Positions 38,901 through 53,400 of a DNA stretch of 64,000 nucleotides are shown piece after piece. A program made the position numbers and the translations under genes. This stretch comes from Octopus sinensis. Lineage: Eukaryota. A model generated the notes under the pieces. It saw only the letters and a list, made by a program, of their open reading frames with translations. It made no database searches and was not told where the DNA came from. Where the stretch lies: assembly GCF_006345805.1 (NCBI RefSeq), contig NC_043016.1, positions 25,296,001 through 25,360,000 of the forward strand. The letters run 5' to 3'. Numbering within the stretch: position 1 is the first letter of the stretch; each line of letters begins with the position of its first letter.

Positions 38901-41900
38901 AACAGACTCACTGCATGATGCTGTTTTTATTGTTAACTAGACTAGGCTGTAAATAGTTATGTGATTTAGATATGGACGTAGTACACTGTTGATAATAGGA
39001 TACAAAATATGGACAGTTCAGCAGTACTTCAATACTCCAAATGATAAAGCCAACCATGATGTTGTCATTGTACAATATTTGACTGTCAAATATTTTACAT
39101 TAGATAGTCTTCCTTATATAGACTACTTGTTTATAATATCCTCAACAAGATTTCAACTTGCTATGTACAAGTAACCTAACTATCTGTTTTTTCTTCTCTA
39201 CAAATATATTTATGGTTTATAAATTATTTTATATAAATATTTAATTTAAATTTAATTTGTTTAAAAGAGAGTGTGAATATGAATTTAAAGTTGATTTTAA
39301 CATTTTTTAAAATCTTGATTTTCAGTATCACAATATCAAAGAAAGATCTGAAAGACTTTACTCGTGAAATAGCTGTGAAAAATGAAGACAAAGGATTGAA
39401 AGCTGGTAAGATTTAAACAATTATTTCTAATTTCATTGAATTTTAGCTATCTCAAGTTTAATGTTTACTTTTTTTGTAAAAGTTTTCTTGAAAACAATCA
39501 TTTTGTTGATTACAAAATGAATATATATATTAGTTTTTATTGCATTTAATTTTTCTATAAAGCACTCAGCCCACACTTTAAGGTGGTTGCTGTTACGAAT
39601 GGCACCCAGCTGTAAAAACCCTGACAGACAGTGAAGCCTGGTGCAATCTGCTCCCCCCCCCCCGCCAAATTGTCCAACCCGTGCAGTTAAATAGCAATGA
39701 TGATGATGATTCATTTTTATTACACCAATATATGTCTGGTGGCATGTTATGTTTAATTGGAGATAGAAAGTTTATAACGGAATTCTCGTTACAAAGAGTA
39801 AAATTTATGTGGAGATGAGAATCTAGTCAAATGTTTAATTAACTGATATAAAGAGCCACAGTATTGACCAAGTTTTTATTACATACATTTAGCAATATCA
39901 GGATATATTTAGGATTAGATTCTAAAAGGATTTGAGAAGAATGGTGATATTTTTTAGTATTAGTGTGATATTGTTGACGTAAAGAAATAAAAATTTTTGG
40001 TTTGTTGCATACTGTGTTGAAAAGCAGATATCATACAATATATTCCATCATACTTGAAATAAAAAAAAAAAAAAGAAAACTTATATGATGTAAAGTTTAT
40101 TAAATTAATGCTATCTTTAGCACTGGCTATAATATACATGTATATTTGTTTATATGAGTTGGAAAAACAGCTCTCTTATATGTTTTCTCTATTGGTGTGT
40201 GTGTGAGATTTCATTTTCATTCCCTCTCAAGTCCCATGTTTTGCAATTTTGATATTTTTCATATTTTTATATTAAGAAAGGAGCCCACCAGTTGGCTATT
40301 TTATTACATAATTTCCAATTTATATTTTCATTTTCAAGCTATGGAGAAAGCATTATTATACTTTGATTGTCATGAACTTCCACAGAACTGGACTAAAGAA
40401 GAATTACTTGGGACTGATGATGATAGTGAAAATGATGATGAAGATGTAAGTAAACAAAATTCCTCTCTATTTAATCTCCCCCCACCTCTATCTGTCTATC
40501 TATATATCTCAATTGTAAATTTGAGAATAAATTAAAGGAAACATGTAACTTTATAAAACAATTTATTTTATGTTATCTACTTATATAATCTATTTTAAGT
40601 TCAGTTCTGAAATTAGCAGTATTAGAATATCAAATTTTGAGATGTGGTCTTGCTAGTACTGACTTCATATTTCAATATCTATTATTTTAATGGTGCTTTT
40701 CCTTGCAATAAAAGTTTTGTTCCATTTTATGTATAGCTATAGGGGATACTTTCAAGAAAGTTAACAGATTGAAGCTTCTGATTTATAGATTATTGTTCAG
40801 CTAGGGAAAATAAACCTTTCGCTTGAATAGAAACAAAATTTTTGTAGTAGTGTGGCATATAAAGTGAAGATTGTCTTAATAAGGTCAGATGTTCAGAGTA
40901 ACATTGTTTTTTTTAGGAATTAGTTTTTCATTTCAGTTTCTCTACAGCAAGACACCTGTTTATGTCCTTTCATAGTTTAACATTTCATCACCTGGTACAA
41001 AGCCACCTCCTTCAATATTACTCACCCTCTTAGGTGAGGGGTCTTTGTCTTGGCTCATGTTATGCAAGCAGGACTGACAGAGCAACAAAGGGAACATCTC
41101 TACGAGTCCCTTCTGCAGATTACCTTGATGATGGATGACAGACTGTTTTATTTTGGCTGGTGATTTCAATCGGCATGTTGGATAATACTCCAATAGAATT
41201 CATGGTGTATATAGACCTTATGGCTTTGGTTCTTCAAGCAAGGATAGAATAAGGCTGTAGGAATTCTGTGATGCTAATGACTTTTTGATTTTGTGCCAGG
41301 AAGAAGTACTATTGCAGGAGAAATTTTTAGCAAAAAGTAAACTACTGTACTTAGCTCCCTGATCTGGTGGTCATTGTGGAAGCTAAGAGTAGATGAGTGG
41401 CTAGTGAGAGGCCCTTCCTGTTATCATAGTTCTCCAGTCCATAAAGGAGGAATTTAAGATTGGTAGATTACGGGAACTCCTCTGTACTGCTAACCTGGTT
41501 TTATGGCTGAAATTGTTATAGAATTTAAAAAAATAATAAAATTCTATAAAAGATACAAATACAATCATATAAGAACAAGTGTTATATTATATTTTTTTTG
41601 TTTGTTATATTTTCTCTTATTTTTCTTCGTTTCCAGTCCTCTGATGATGAACCTTGTGAAGAAGAAGATCGATTTGTAGCTCAGTTGTATAAATTTATGG
41701 ACGACAGAGGTGTGTATTAAACTTATTTGCTGATACTTTTCTTTATCTTTGTCAGATGTAACTAAAATGATAATTTTCAAACAGCAGAGAAAACTTAATG
41801 TTTGGTTAATTATCATAGTAATGTAGTTATTGTATTGGTCACGCTAAGCTGATTTTCTATAATTTCTTAGCTTAGTGTGTCTTTGATTGTCTACACTGGT

Positions 41901-44900
41901 TTCAGTGTAATTTTGATGTTAAGCCAACATTTTTGGCTGTGGTGTTCTGCCTTTGTTGGTTATTGCATTAATAGGACAGGATAGATTTCATGACTTGGGT
42001 CTAGTTGTAACAGAAAACTTTAGTATTGGGGTTTTACTACTAAATTCTCTTAACAATGTCAGTGATGGACAATAAACTGAAGATGGCAAGTTGTTAATAT
42101 TTTATATGAACATTAGAGAATTTAGCTGGCATTGATTACCCTTTTAGCTTTTAAATTTGACTCCTTGTGTTGTTGTCTGTGACTTAATACTTTTTGCCTA
42201 TTATCAAAATCAAATTTACATTTCCAAACAGGAACACCAATCAATAAAGGACCTTCGTTAGGGAACAGAGATTTGAATTTGTATAAGCTCTTCAAAATTG
42301 TTCAGAACTTCGGAGGATATAATAAGGTACAGTTTATATATTTACATTTTTTTCTTCCTATCTGCCTTTTAGAACAGATAGGGAGAGAGAAAGAGAGAGT
42401 GAGAGTGATGAGAAATGTTAACACTTTGATAAATATTTCTTTTTGTAATTATTTTTTTATATGAATTCTGCTTTATGTAGGAAATAGGTCTAAATTGCTC
42501 AGCCATCACTTATACATAGGATCAGAGATTCCACAAATGTTGCTGTCAATTCTTGTCAGTTTCAACTCATGATACTAATTCTCATTATATCTATACCAGG
42601 AAATCAAAATATTAATGATCTTGATCCGCTTAACCATAATTTTCACCAGTGAGACTGTACACCTTCACTATAACGATAAAAAAAAAAAATAAACAGTGCA
42701 GTAATGATGTGTGTTTGTGCATCTGCCTGTGCACATTGATGAAATTGGATAAACTGAAACTATTGAAGCCTATCAGAATTGGAATTATGGATTGAATTAG
42801 TTTCTGTGTGACAGACTTGATTCATTATACAATTTAACAATTTAACACCACCACTTAACCCTTTGGGTACCTTTAGCAAAGTATAGTATGTTATATCTGA
42901 ATAGGTGTCCAGCATAAAGTTGAATTCTTGCTGCACTGCTTCTTCCTGTAGTGACCTATCAATTGTTGTTTTCTACTTACTCCCAACCAGTCTTTGAGGT
43001 TTTGCAAAATGGTCACTGGCACTTACATCTAATGAAACTGTGATCAAATTAAAAACAAAAAACAAAGCAAAAGAGATTTATAAAAACTGAGAAATCTATG
43101 AAATTTGAAACCATTTTATTTGGGATTCTATTTTGAATCATTGTTCACTGCATTTCTGAAAGTGATAGGAGGAGTGCCTGTAACTCAGAGAAATTGGAAG
43201 AGGACCTTCTTTTATTTACATGTATTAACATACATAACACAAAAATATGTTTTTGTGTGTACATGATGGGGTTTGTACATTTTCCATCTAGCAAATTCCA
43301 CTTATAGAATATTGGTCAATCTAAACACTTACCCATGGCACCATCCATGCATTGAGATTAAGATCAGAATCATGTGTTTTAGAAGTAAAATATACAGCCA
43401 TACCTAAGAGGTTAGAAATATCTCCTTATTTCCTGTCTATCATTTTATATCCATTTTTTCTCTTTCTTTTCTTCTTGTAGGTTACAAACACAATGAAATG
43501 GAGATGGGTCTACTCAAAAATGAAAATGCCTGCATCCAATAATGGCTCACATCAGATAAAGAATGCATATAAGAAGTAAGTTCCTTTTAAATTTTGGATT
43601 TATGCTATATATTGTAAATCTTGAAGGATGATTGTTTTTACCAATAGCAGTAAACAAACTGATGTAGCTTATTTAAACAATTAAAAATTTAGTTCTAATT
43701 TTTTTTGATGATTTCCACAATGATTACTTTATACCAGGTAAATATTTTATGGCTTGTACTGGTAAAGTTCAAAGGTCACATGAGAGCAATGTTTCTTCTA
43801 AGTTTTCTGGCCTTCAGTGTACAAAAATTTTGTTGCATCATTATTTTTTTTTGTTGCCGGACATAATTATGTGTACAATGAAGGAATAATATACATAATT
43901 ATTAATTACTATTACTACATTATTTTAGTTAATGAACCCTTCATGCAACCATTACTTTCTTGTGTGAAAATGATGAGCTGGCAAAATAATTAATGCATTG
44001 GAAAAAATGCTTAGCAAGCTTTTTTTCTGACTCCTTACACTCTGAGTTCAAATGCCACTGATGTCCATTTTGTCTTTCATCATTTCGAGGTCAATAAAAT
44101 GAAGTACCAGTTAAGTCCTGGGGTTGATGTGTGTGACTTCCCCCGTTACCTCAAAATTGCTTGTCTTGTGCTTAAATCTGAAATATTTATTTTCTTGTGT
44201 ACACCTAAATTTCTTTTGTGCACTGGTTACAAAACTTGTTTGCATGGCTTAGAAGGTGCAGTGATATGTTGTATACATATGCATATTATATACACGAATA
44301 AATACAATATATTTTTGTGATGAAACTTTTCTTATTTCCTCTTCAGATACTTGCATGCATTTGAAGATTTTTATCGCAAACTTGGAAGTACAATGGGAAC
44401 AATTAGCCGTCCAAGAAGCAGTCGACACAGTACAGGAAGAAGCATTTTGTTTTTAAGAGCTAGAGATAGCTGTCGTTCACCACGTGATCGGAAAAATGCT
44501 GTTAAAGAAGAAGAAAAGGTAAGTTTCTATGTTCTTTTGGAAAATTCTGTTTTAAACATGGTTGGTTTAATAGCTTCATTTAATGATAATACAGTAGAGC
44601 TGATGTTATTTTAAATAATTACTTTTTACATTCTTGACCTAATCACCAGGGTACTTCAGTAATTACTAATCAACAATGAAGTCAAATGTTAAAAAAAATT
44701 TGAGTGATTCTTTAATGTCACATATAAATGTCTTTATGCCTTAAAACCAAGGTACCTTTTAAAAAGCCTGGGTATGGGTGCTGGTGCCATGTAAAAGTCA
44801 CTGGTGATGGTACCACATAAAAAGCCCCACTCTGTAAAGTGGTTGACATTCGGAAGTGCATTCCAGCTGTAAAAACCAAGCCAAAGCAGATTATGGAACC

Positions 44901-45143
44901 TGCTGTGGCATGGAAAACAAAACAAACATTATATGTTGATTATATATATAAATATATATATACACACACACATACACATATAGGCGCAGGAGTGGTGGTG
45001 TGGTAAGTAGCTTGCTCACAAACCACATGGTTCTGGGTTCAGTCCCATTGCGTGGCACTTTGGGCAAGTGTCTTCTACTATAGCCTCGGGCTGACCAAAG
45101 CCTTGTGAGTGGATTTGGTAGACGGAAACTGAAAGAAGCCCGT

Positions 45144-45186
<43 letters not shown>

Positions 45187-47406
45187 TTGTCCCCCCAACA
45201 TTGCTTGACAACCGATGCTGGTGTGTTTATGTCCCCGTAACTTAGCTGTTCAGCAAAAGAGGCCGATAGAATAAGTACTAGGCTTACGAAGAATAAGTCC
45301 TAGGGTCGATTTGCTCGACTAAAAAGGTGGTGCTCATGCATGGCCGCAATCAAAATGACTGAAACAAGTAAAAGAATAAAGAATATATAAGGTATAAAGA
45401 CATTCAGCTATTAATTGTAGGACAGTGTGTTTGTGTATAAGTAATGTTGGTTTATTAATGATGCAGAATTTCAATAGCCTGTTTATTAATTACTTAGATA
45501 GATTGGGATAAAAGTTTCAGTTGTAGTACTTGGTAATCTAAAGGTGACTTGTAGCCTAATGTATTTTACTTTTCCATCCTGTTTCTTATTTAGAATAAAG
45601 ATGATGATGACAAGAAAACAAAAGATTCTGACAATGCCAAAAGTAGTTCTGATACTCAGTCTGCCACCAATGTTGAAGAATCTGAAAATGAAGTTTGTGT
45701 CAAGAAAGAGCCCAAAGAGAAAGCCGATGAAGAACCTGTGAAAAAGGAGACGAGTAAGAAAGATAAAGTGAAACGAGAGAAAGAACGAGTTAAAAAGGAA
45801 GTGAAAGAAGAACAAGACGATGGTGATACAAAAGAAGAAAAGAAGAGTGATAAGAAAGAAGATTCAAAGCACACGAGAAAGCGGGATGATGACAAAAAGG
45901 CAGATTCGTCATCAAAAGGAGCTGAAAGGAAAACCACCAAGAAAGATAAGGAAGCGAAAACACCAGATGTTAAAAAAGAACTCCCAAAGAAAAGGGTTAG
46001 TTTATATAAACGTGTGTGTGTGTGTGTGGTGTGGTGTGTGTGTGTTATAATAATGATGGCGAGTCTCCAGTTTATCAAATCAATAAATTAATGTTTCTTC
46101 TTGGTTGACTGACTGAAAATTCCTTAGTTTCTATCCTACCACCAACACTGTGTTTTGTGCAAGTCCAAAACACTTAATTTTCAAATGATTCTATCCATTT
46201 GGCTGAAATTGGGTTTCACCACATGAGGCTGGGACAGATTTTCAAATGGTCTAGTCTATTTAACTGAAAGTTGGTATCATAAGGTTGGGATAGATTCTCA
46301 AAAATGGTCCAGTCTATGTAGCTGAAAGTGGATATTTAAGGATGGGACTGATGTTCATTGTGAAAAATAGTAAATACTATAATTAATAATGTTTTATTAG
46401 CTTGCAGTTCTGAGTTCAAATTATAGTGGGGGTATAATTTACAGGGTGCTGGTCCAGGCTAACACGACTATACACATTATGTAAAGCATTCTTCATACAA
46501 GTATCACTACAAACCAGTAGCTAATTATATAATAATTTATCTGTTTGTAGTTTAGACATACATCAACAAAGAAATAGTTTCATTTTACAATATTCCATTT
46601 ATTTAAGGTGGTCAGATGGCAGAAATGTTAGCACGTTGGGTGAAATGCTTAACAGTATTTCATCTGTCTTTACGTTCTGAGTTCAAATTCCACTGAGGTC
46701 AACTTTGCCTCTCATCCTTTCAGGGTCAATAAATTTAGTACCAGTTGTGTACTGGGGTTGATCTAATTGACTGCCCCCTCCCCCCATTTCAAGCCTTGTG
46801 CCTAGGATAGAAAAGAATATTCCATTTATTTTGTAATATACAAATTCTAACTAATTTAAGGGAAGAGGGTATTTTATCTTTGTCCTCTTTATTCTTTAAT
46901 CAATTTTTTGTTTTTTAGTTTTGAAAATATTCTCACATCTTATGTTGGTATGATTCCTATTATTAATTATTACTCAACTTTATGGTGGCAAACTGGCAGA
47001 ATTGATAAGCATGCTAGACAAAATGCTTAGTGGCATTTCATTCAATTTTACGTTCTGTGTTCAGATTCTGCCTGGGTTGACTTTGCCTTTCATTCTTGTG
47101 GAGTAGATAAAATAAGTACCAGTTGATTGATCACTGGGATTGATGTAATTGACTCCCCCCCTCCCCTGAACATACTGGTGTTGTGCCAAATTTTGAAACT
47201 GATTATTATTAGCTTTGGAGAGCAAATAGTGCTTGTTTTGTTTGTAATTCCTAATGGCACTAGACTGTGCTTAAAGTTCATAATACCTGCTAAAATTCTT
47301 CAGTAATTCATAATCCATTTTACAATTAAAGTGTAAATAAAGTAATTATTGACTGGTGCAAGTCCCCAAATTTTAAAACAAGTCTTTAATTTTTTTGGTG
47401 TATATA

Positions 47407-47437
<31 letters not shown>

Positions 47438-50400
47438 AACATGTATAAAAATCCATGTTATTGGTAATTTACAGGTTAGAAAACGGTCAACTAGAGGAGA
47501 TGATGTTAAAAAAGAAACCGATGTTAAAAATACACCAGAGTCAATGAAATCCAAATTTGATATGTTTATAAAAGATGAAAAAGGAAGCAAAGAGACAAAA
47601 TCTGCAAAAGAGGAGAAAAGTACAAAAGAGAAAAAGAGCAAGGAAGATAAAAATAAAGACAGTCGGGAAGACAAGAAAGAAACAAAAGTTAAAGCTGAAG
47701 TCGATGAAGAGGGTGATTCTAAGAGGTAAATATAAATATATTTACATGTATATGCATACACATGTATAGATGCATTCACAAACATGTACTTGTGTGAGTG
47801 TATATATACAGTTATGTATGATTTAGTCTGAATATATGCATGCACTGTTTCGACCCTGTGCTTGAGGCGACCTATTGAGTCAAGTACACCAACATCAAAA
47901 ATCAATGGAAAATGTAGTTGTTATCCCTGTGCCGGTGGCACGCAAAAAGCACCATCTGAATGTGGCCGATGCCAGTGCCGCCTTGACTGGCTTCCGTGTC
48001 GGTGGCACGTAAAAAGCACCCACTACACTCACAGAGTGGTTGGCATTAAGAAAGGCATCCAGCTGTAGAAACACTGCCAGATCTGACTGGAGCCTGGTGC
48101 AGCCTTCTGGCTTCCCAGATCCCGGTCGAACCGTCCAACCCATGGAGAACGGACATTAAACGATGATGATGATGATGATGATAGAAAGAAATTATTTGAG
48201 ATCTGTTGGCCTCATATCAACAGGATTTTATTTAGCTTATTCTTTTCTCTCTGCTATGCTCTGAGGAACTTTTATCTTTTTCACACTTACAAGGACTTTT
48301 TGTTTAATGCAGTGGTTTTCATAATATCTTGAGTCGTAGATTTAATCTGTCACTTTGGTTTAACATCTGGTCCTTGGTTGTTTTTACCTGACATTCCTCT
48401 TATATTCTGTAAACATTTGGGGCTGAGTATTTGGTTTAACACTTTTGATAACAACCCGCCTGAGACCAACTTTGGTTTTATGATAGAAACTTATTGCTTT
48501 TAAGTGATTTCAGTTAAAACTTCCTATGAGATTTCAGTATTATTTTACTAAATGGCTCATGGCTCAGTGGTTAGAACGTCAAGCTTACGATCGTGAGGTT
48601 GTAAGCTTGAGTCCTGGACCGGACTGCATGTTGTGTCCTTGTGCAAGACACTTTATTTCACATTGCTCCAGTTCATTCAGCTGTAGAAATGAGATACAAC
48701 ATCACAGGTGCGAAGCTGTATCGGCCTTTCCTTTGGATAACACTGGCGGCGTGGAGAGGGGAGGCCGGTATGCATGGGTGACTGCTGGTCTTCCATAAAC
48801 AACCTTGCCCGGACTTGTGCCTGGGAGGGTAACTTTCTAGGTGCAATCCCATGGTCTGTGTCGTGACTGAAGGGGTTCTCAGATTTTACTAAATTCTTCA
48901 TTATTTTCAAAATCATTTGAAACAAAGGCACTATTTCAACAGAAATATGCTTACAAAATGGTTAAGAATAACTTTCTTCCTTGCTCATATTATTACTGCT
49001 GTACTTAGAAAAGGCCATGGTTGATACTCGTTCTTTCAAGTAGTCCCAGAGTCCGTGATAAAGGACATAGTTGTTATCCTTCCATTTTGACAAAGCTTTA
49101 AAAAGAATATTTATCTCACCACCATATATCTAGAGGTTTGACAGTCTGTACTGTTTACTTCTCATCTGTCTGTGGCCTTTACATCTCTCATATTGCTCTG
49201 CATTTCACTATTCAAAATTCTAGATACTTTTAAAATTATGGCTGGTATGATTTATGGTTGGAATACCTTTGGTCATTGTTCTACTTGACATTAAGGCTTC
49301 TGAATTAAGCCATAAAACATTGTGATAATTATTATAAATGGAGAAAATCAACCATTTTTATGAATCAGTGAGAGTGAGTTTTTTTTTTAACGGAAAAAAA
49401 TCCCTTTATTTTTCATTTGCTTTTTTTCTCTCCACAGAAATGAGGAACCTGCTGATAGTGAGGATGATGATGATGACGAGGAAGATGAAGAAGAGGAAGA
49501 AGAAGGAAAATCTGTTGGATTAGGTGGTTCTGGTGAATATCCTACAGGAACTAAACTCAGAGTCAAGTATGGAAGAGGGAGGAATCAGAAAATATATGAG
49601 GCAAAAGTTAGTAATCTGTTCTTTAAAACTTCTTGATAATGCATATATAAAATATATATATATTTAAGTTTAATAATTGCTCTATAAAATGTCAGTTACT
49701 AATCTTGGTATGCATGTAACAGCTAGTTAGGTCCATTTTAGAAAGATTTACACTTTAGCATTTAAACCAGCTTTATCCAGTCAAAATATTCTGCTTGTTT
49801 TATGTTTAAACTGGTCAGATCTGGCCTCTCACACCTACCCTACAATGTCATTCTAAAAATAAACAATCATATAATTGAACAGCATCATCTGAATGCTAAA
49901 CGCTTAAAACAAATACAAATGTCTGATTTTTCACCTGTTTTCTAAATACATTTGAAAGCTGGCTAATTATCGGCATTTTTTAATTTACACTGTGTCATTT
50001 TAAAATTTAAAATAATAAAATCTAATCCCTGTTGTTCATCTCTTGCATTATATTTTATTTTACTTTTCCAGGTTGTTGAATTTGGTGCTGAGGGTGGGCA
50101 TGAACAATATTTAGTGCATTATGCAGGGTGGAACACTAGGTAAATATGGTGTTATTGTTGTTTTTGTTGTTGTTGTGTAACTTGAGGTCTGCTCTAATTG
50201 AGAAAATCTATGTTATGTGTATTTCTTTATTGCCCACAAGGGCCTAAACAAGGACAGGCAAAGGGATTAAGTCGATTACATTGATCTCAGTGCGTAACTG
50301 GTACTTTGTTTATCAACCCCGAAACGATGAAAGGCAAAGTCAACCTTGGCGGAATTTGAACTCAGAACGTAACGGCAGACGAAATATGGCTAAGCATTTC

Positions 50401-53400
50401 ACCTGGCGCGCTAACGTTTCTGCCAGTTTGCTGCCTTCACCTATGTTATATGTAGGTACTTGGTCAAACAACTGGGTTAGACCCCACAGATTCAATACTC
50501 CAGATACATTATGCCCTAGCTTATTGGTCAACTATACAATACCTACAGCAAGTAGTGGTTCATGGTATAATTTATATTAACCCTTTTAATACCTGGTTCT
50601 ATAAAACAAACTTCTTGTTTTAAAGTGATCTAAATTTAAAATTTCCATTAAAATTTCATGTTAATTTATATTCCAAACTCCAGCTTAAAAATGACAAGGT
50701 TATTTTTGTAAATTCCTTTTTCAAATTTAATTGGAGACAAATAAAATGTATTTCAAGAGAGATAATAAAAGAATTAAAGTAAAGAAGACCATACGTACCA
50801 CTGGCTACCGTTTTAACTCACAATCATAAAGCTACTGAGGAGCTTTGTGAAACAACATGCATTTCATAAATTAATGATATTATTTAGGTTTAATGAAGTT
50901 TTTAACTTTGCATCAGGAAGAAACCAGTAGCTGAAGCAGCTGGTTCAGTAATTAGTGTGTAGCAACTCTTTTGCTTAGTGAACTTCAGTAATGAATGCTT
51001 AGATGATGATGTGCATTGGGCTGTTTATATATATGTCTTATCCACTGTCTGGACTATTATTCCTATATAAGTTTCAATAGGGAACTCTGTCAAAAGCAAG
51101 CAAGGTGAATGTTATTTGAAATATGGTTGATGTTGTTCCTCTATGTTTAACCCTTTCATTACTTTATTTTGAGATGCTCTGTGTTTCTTTCAATTACTTT
51201 AAATATAACAAAGAATTTAGTAATATAACTAAGTTATCATTCAGCTAGTGTTAGGAACATAAATTGTGATTAAAGTTTGGGGGAAGATTTTAATTCAAAA
51301 CTTGTGAAAACAAGACATTTGTACTCAGAGTCAGAGCTGGTTTCAGCCGGGTTGGTAACGAAAGGGTTAACCTGTAATTGTGATATACACCCCAGCACAG
51401 AAGTTATTGATAATGTGATAATGATATATTACGTTAGATAAAAGTTAGAGGATATATTCTTTAAGTATTTGTAAAATTTAATATCTGATGTTTTTCTTTT
51501 ATCTTTCAATTATTTTTCATTAGGTATGATGAATGGGTCAGGCCTGAAAGAATTGTCAAAGTTCTTGGTAAGCCTGAATTGGGAACAAAAAAGAAAGCGA
51601 AGAGTCATTCACCAAGATCTCCAAAGGTAAATGTATGGGCATAGCTGTCCTTTCATTCAATTTTGTTAAGGAAATTTTATAAAACTAATTACTTAAAATT
51701 ACTAGGTTCTAATATTTTTAGATAAATAAAATCTTGATTGAATTATATAAAAAAAAAATCAATAAAAAAAGGGAGAAAAAAATGTCATTATTTCAATTTT
51801 TTGAGTTTTTGTAATGTTAAGCAATGTAATGTAATGCAATACATGCATGCATATATTCTGCACTTAGCACTACTTGAGTGAACTGGTCCTGTTGTTGACA
51901 TTCTTTGTTGAATATGAACATCAGCATTGGTCATTCTCATTCTATGTTTTCAAAACCTGTAGAATAAGGAAATCCCTACTTAAAAAAAAAACAAGAAAAA
52001 AAAAAACAAGTGATAATTGGCTACAGGAAGAACATTTTGTTGTTAAACCCTGGGTCAAATAACACCTGTTCAAATCCATAGGTGCTGAACGACAATGAAA
52101 ACGCATGCATACAAACTCCCAGTTCCTGAATACCCTTTTTTCTCTACTTGCAAATGTAGATGATCCTTTTTCGTTTGGTCTAATTATACCTGTAGAAGGT
52201 ATAATCAGACCTGAACATTTTTTGGTGTAGCAATTATTTCCTCCCTCTCTCTCTCTCTTTGCATTTTTACATACATACATACATACACACGCACGCACAC
52301 AAAACCTTACATACATCACCTGAGAGATTATTTATGCAATATTTAGTTACATCATTTTACATATAGTTCATAAGAATATCCTAATTATTAATTACATAAT
52401 GTAATAATCATAATCAAGACTTATTTTCAAATTGACAGGGATGTTGTAACTTTTATACACAGCATTATTGAATTGTAAAGATGCTGACTGAATTAAACCT
52501 CTGTGAATGTATATATTTATGTATTTCCTCATTGTTTTTTAAGGGACCTGGAGCAACCAAGAAGCGTGTCCAGAATCAGAATCGTTCTCAACAAGCAACC
52601 AGCTGTGGGAAAGAAGAAAACCGACCTGTTAAAGGCAGGACGCCAACTATTTCAACGTCAACAACTTCGTCAACTTCATCTTCACCTGCTACAACAGCAT
52701 TATCCTCTGCATTATCAGTTACTGTACTACCATCATCTGCACCAACATTATCGTCGTCTTCTTCGTCATCACTATTATCAACATCTTCATCCTCCTTATC
52801 CTCATCATCATCATCGTCGTCGCCGTTATTAACATCTTGCACCACAGCTGCCACTGTTGCAATCACGACCACCACAGCCACCACCACTACCATCACTGCC
52901 ACTGCTGCAGCTGCTGCCACCACGACAACCACGACCACCACAACTTCTGCCACCACCACGACTGCAGCCACCACTTCAACCACCTCCAGCACCACCACAT
53001 TACCTTCATCTACATTGTTTGTCCCGCTCCCTCCCTTGCACCTTCCACCACCACCGCCGCCGCCGCCACCTCCGCCACCGCCACCCCCTCCTCCTCCGCC
53101 TTCACCACCCCCATCATCACCGATCACACAGCCAGTGCCAACAAAATTACTGACTGCTCCACCAACCCAGGTATCTTCTGTACCTGTGACGCCTATGCCA
53201 ACCACACCAGCAGCAGTCAACTCAACGCCTCCATTGTCGGGCTCTTCACCTCGCGCCATAAAAGACAACCAGGCCAAAGTGCGGCCCACACGATCAAATA
53301 GCATGGAATTTCCTGTCTTAGAAGGACTCCCTCGTAAGTAGAATAATTTAATTTTTCTTAATTTTAAATTCTATATTTTGAAAATCAAACTACCACATAG

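Noticed and set aside
52588-53304. 238-aa antisense ORF (polyG/V/D) and other overlapping ORFs at 52503, 52837 and 52857
   Set aside because: Shadows of the trinucleotide-repeat coding exon 18.
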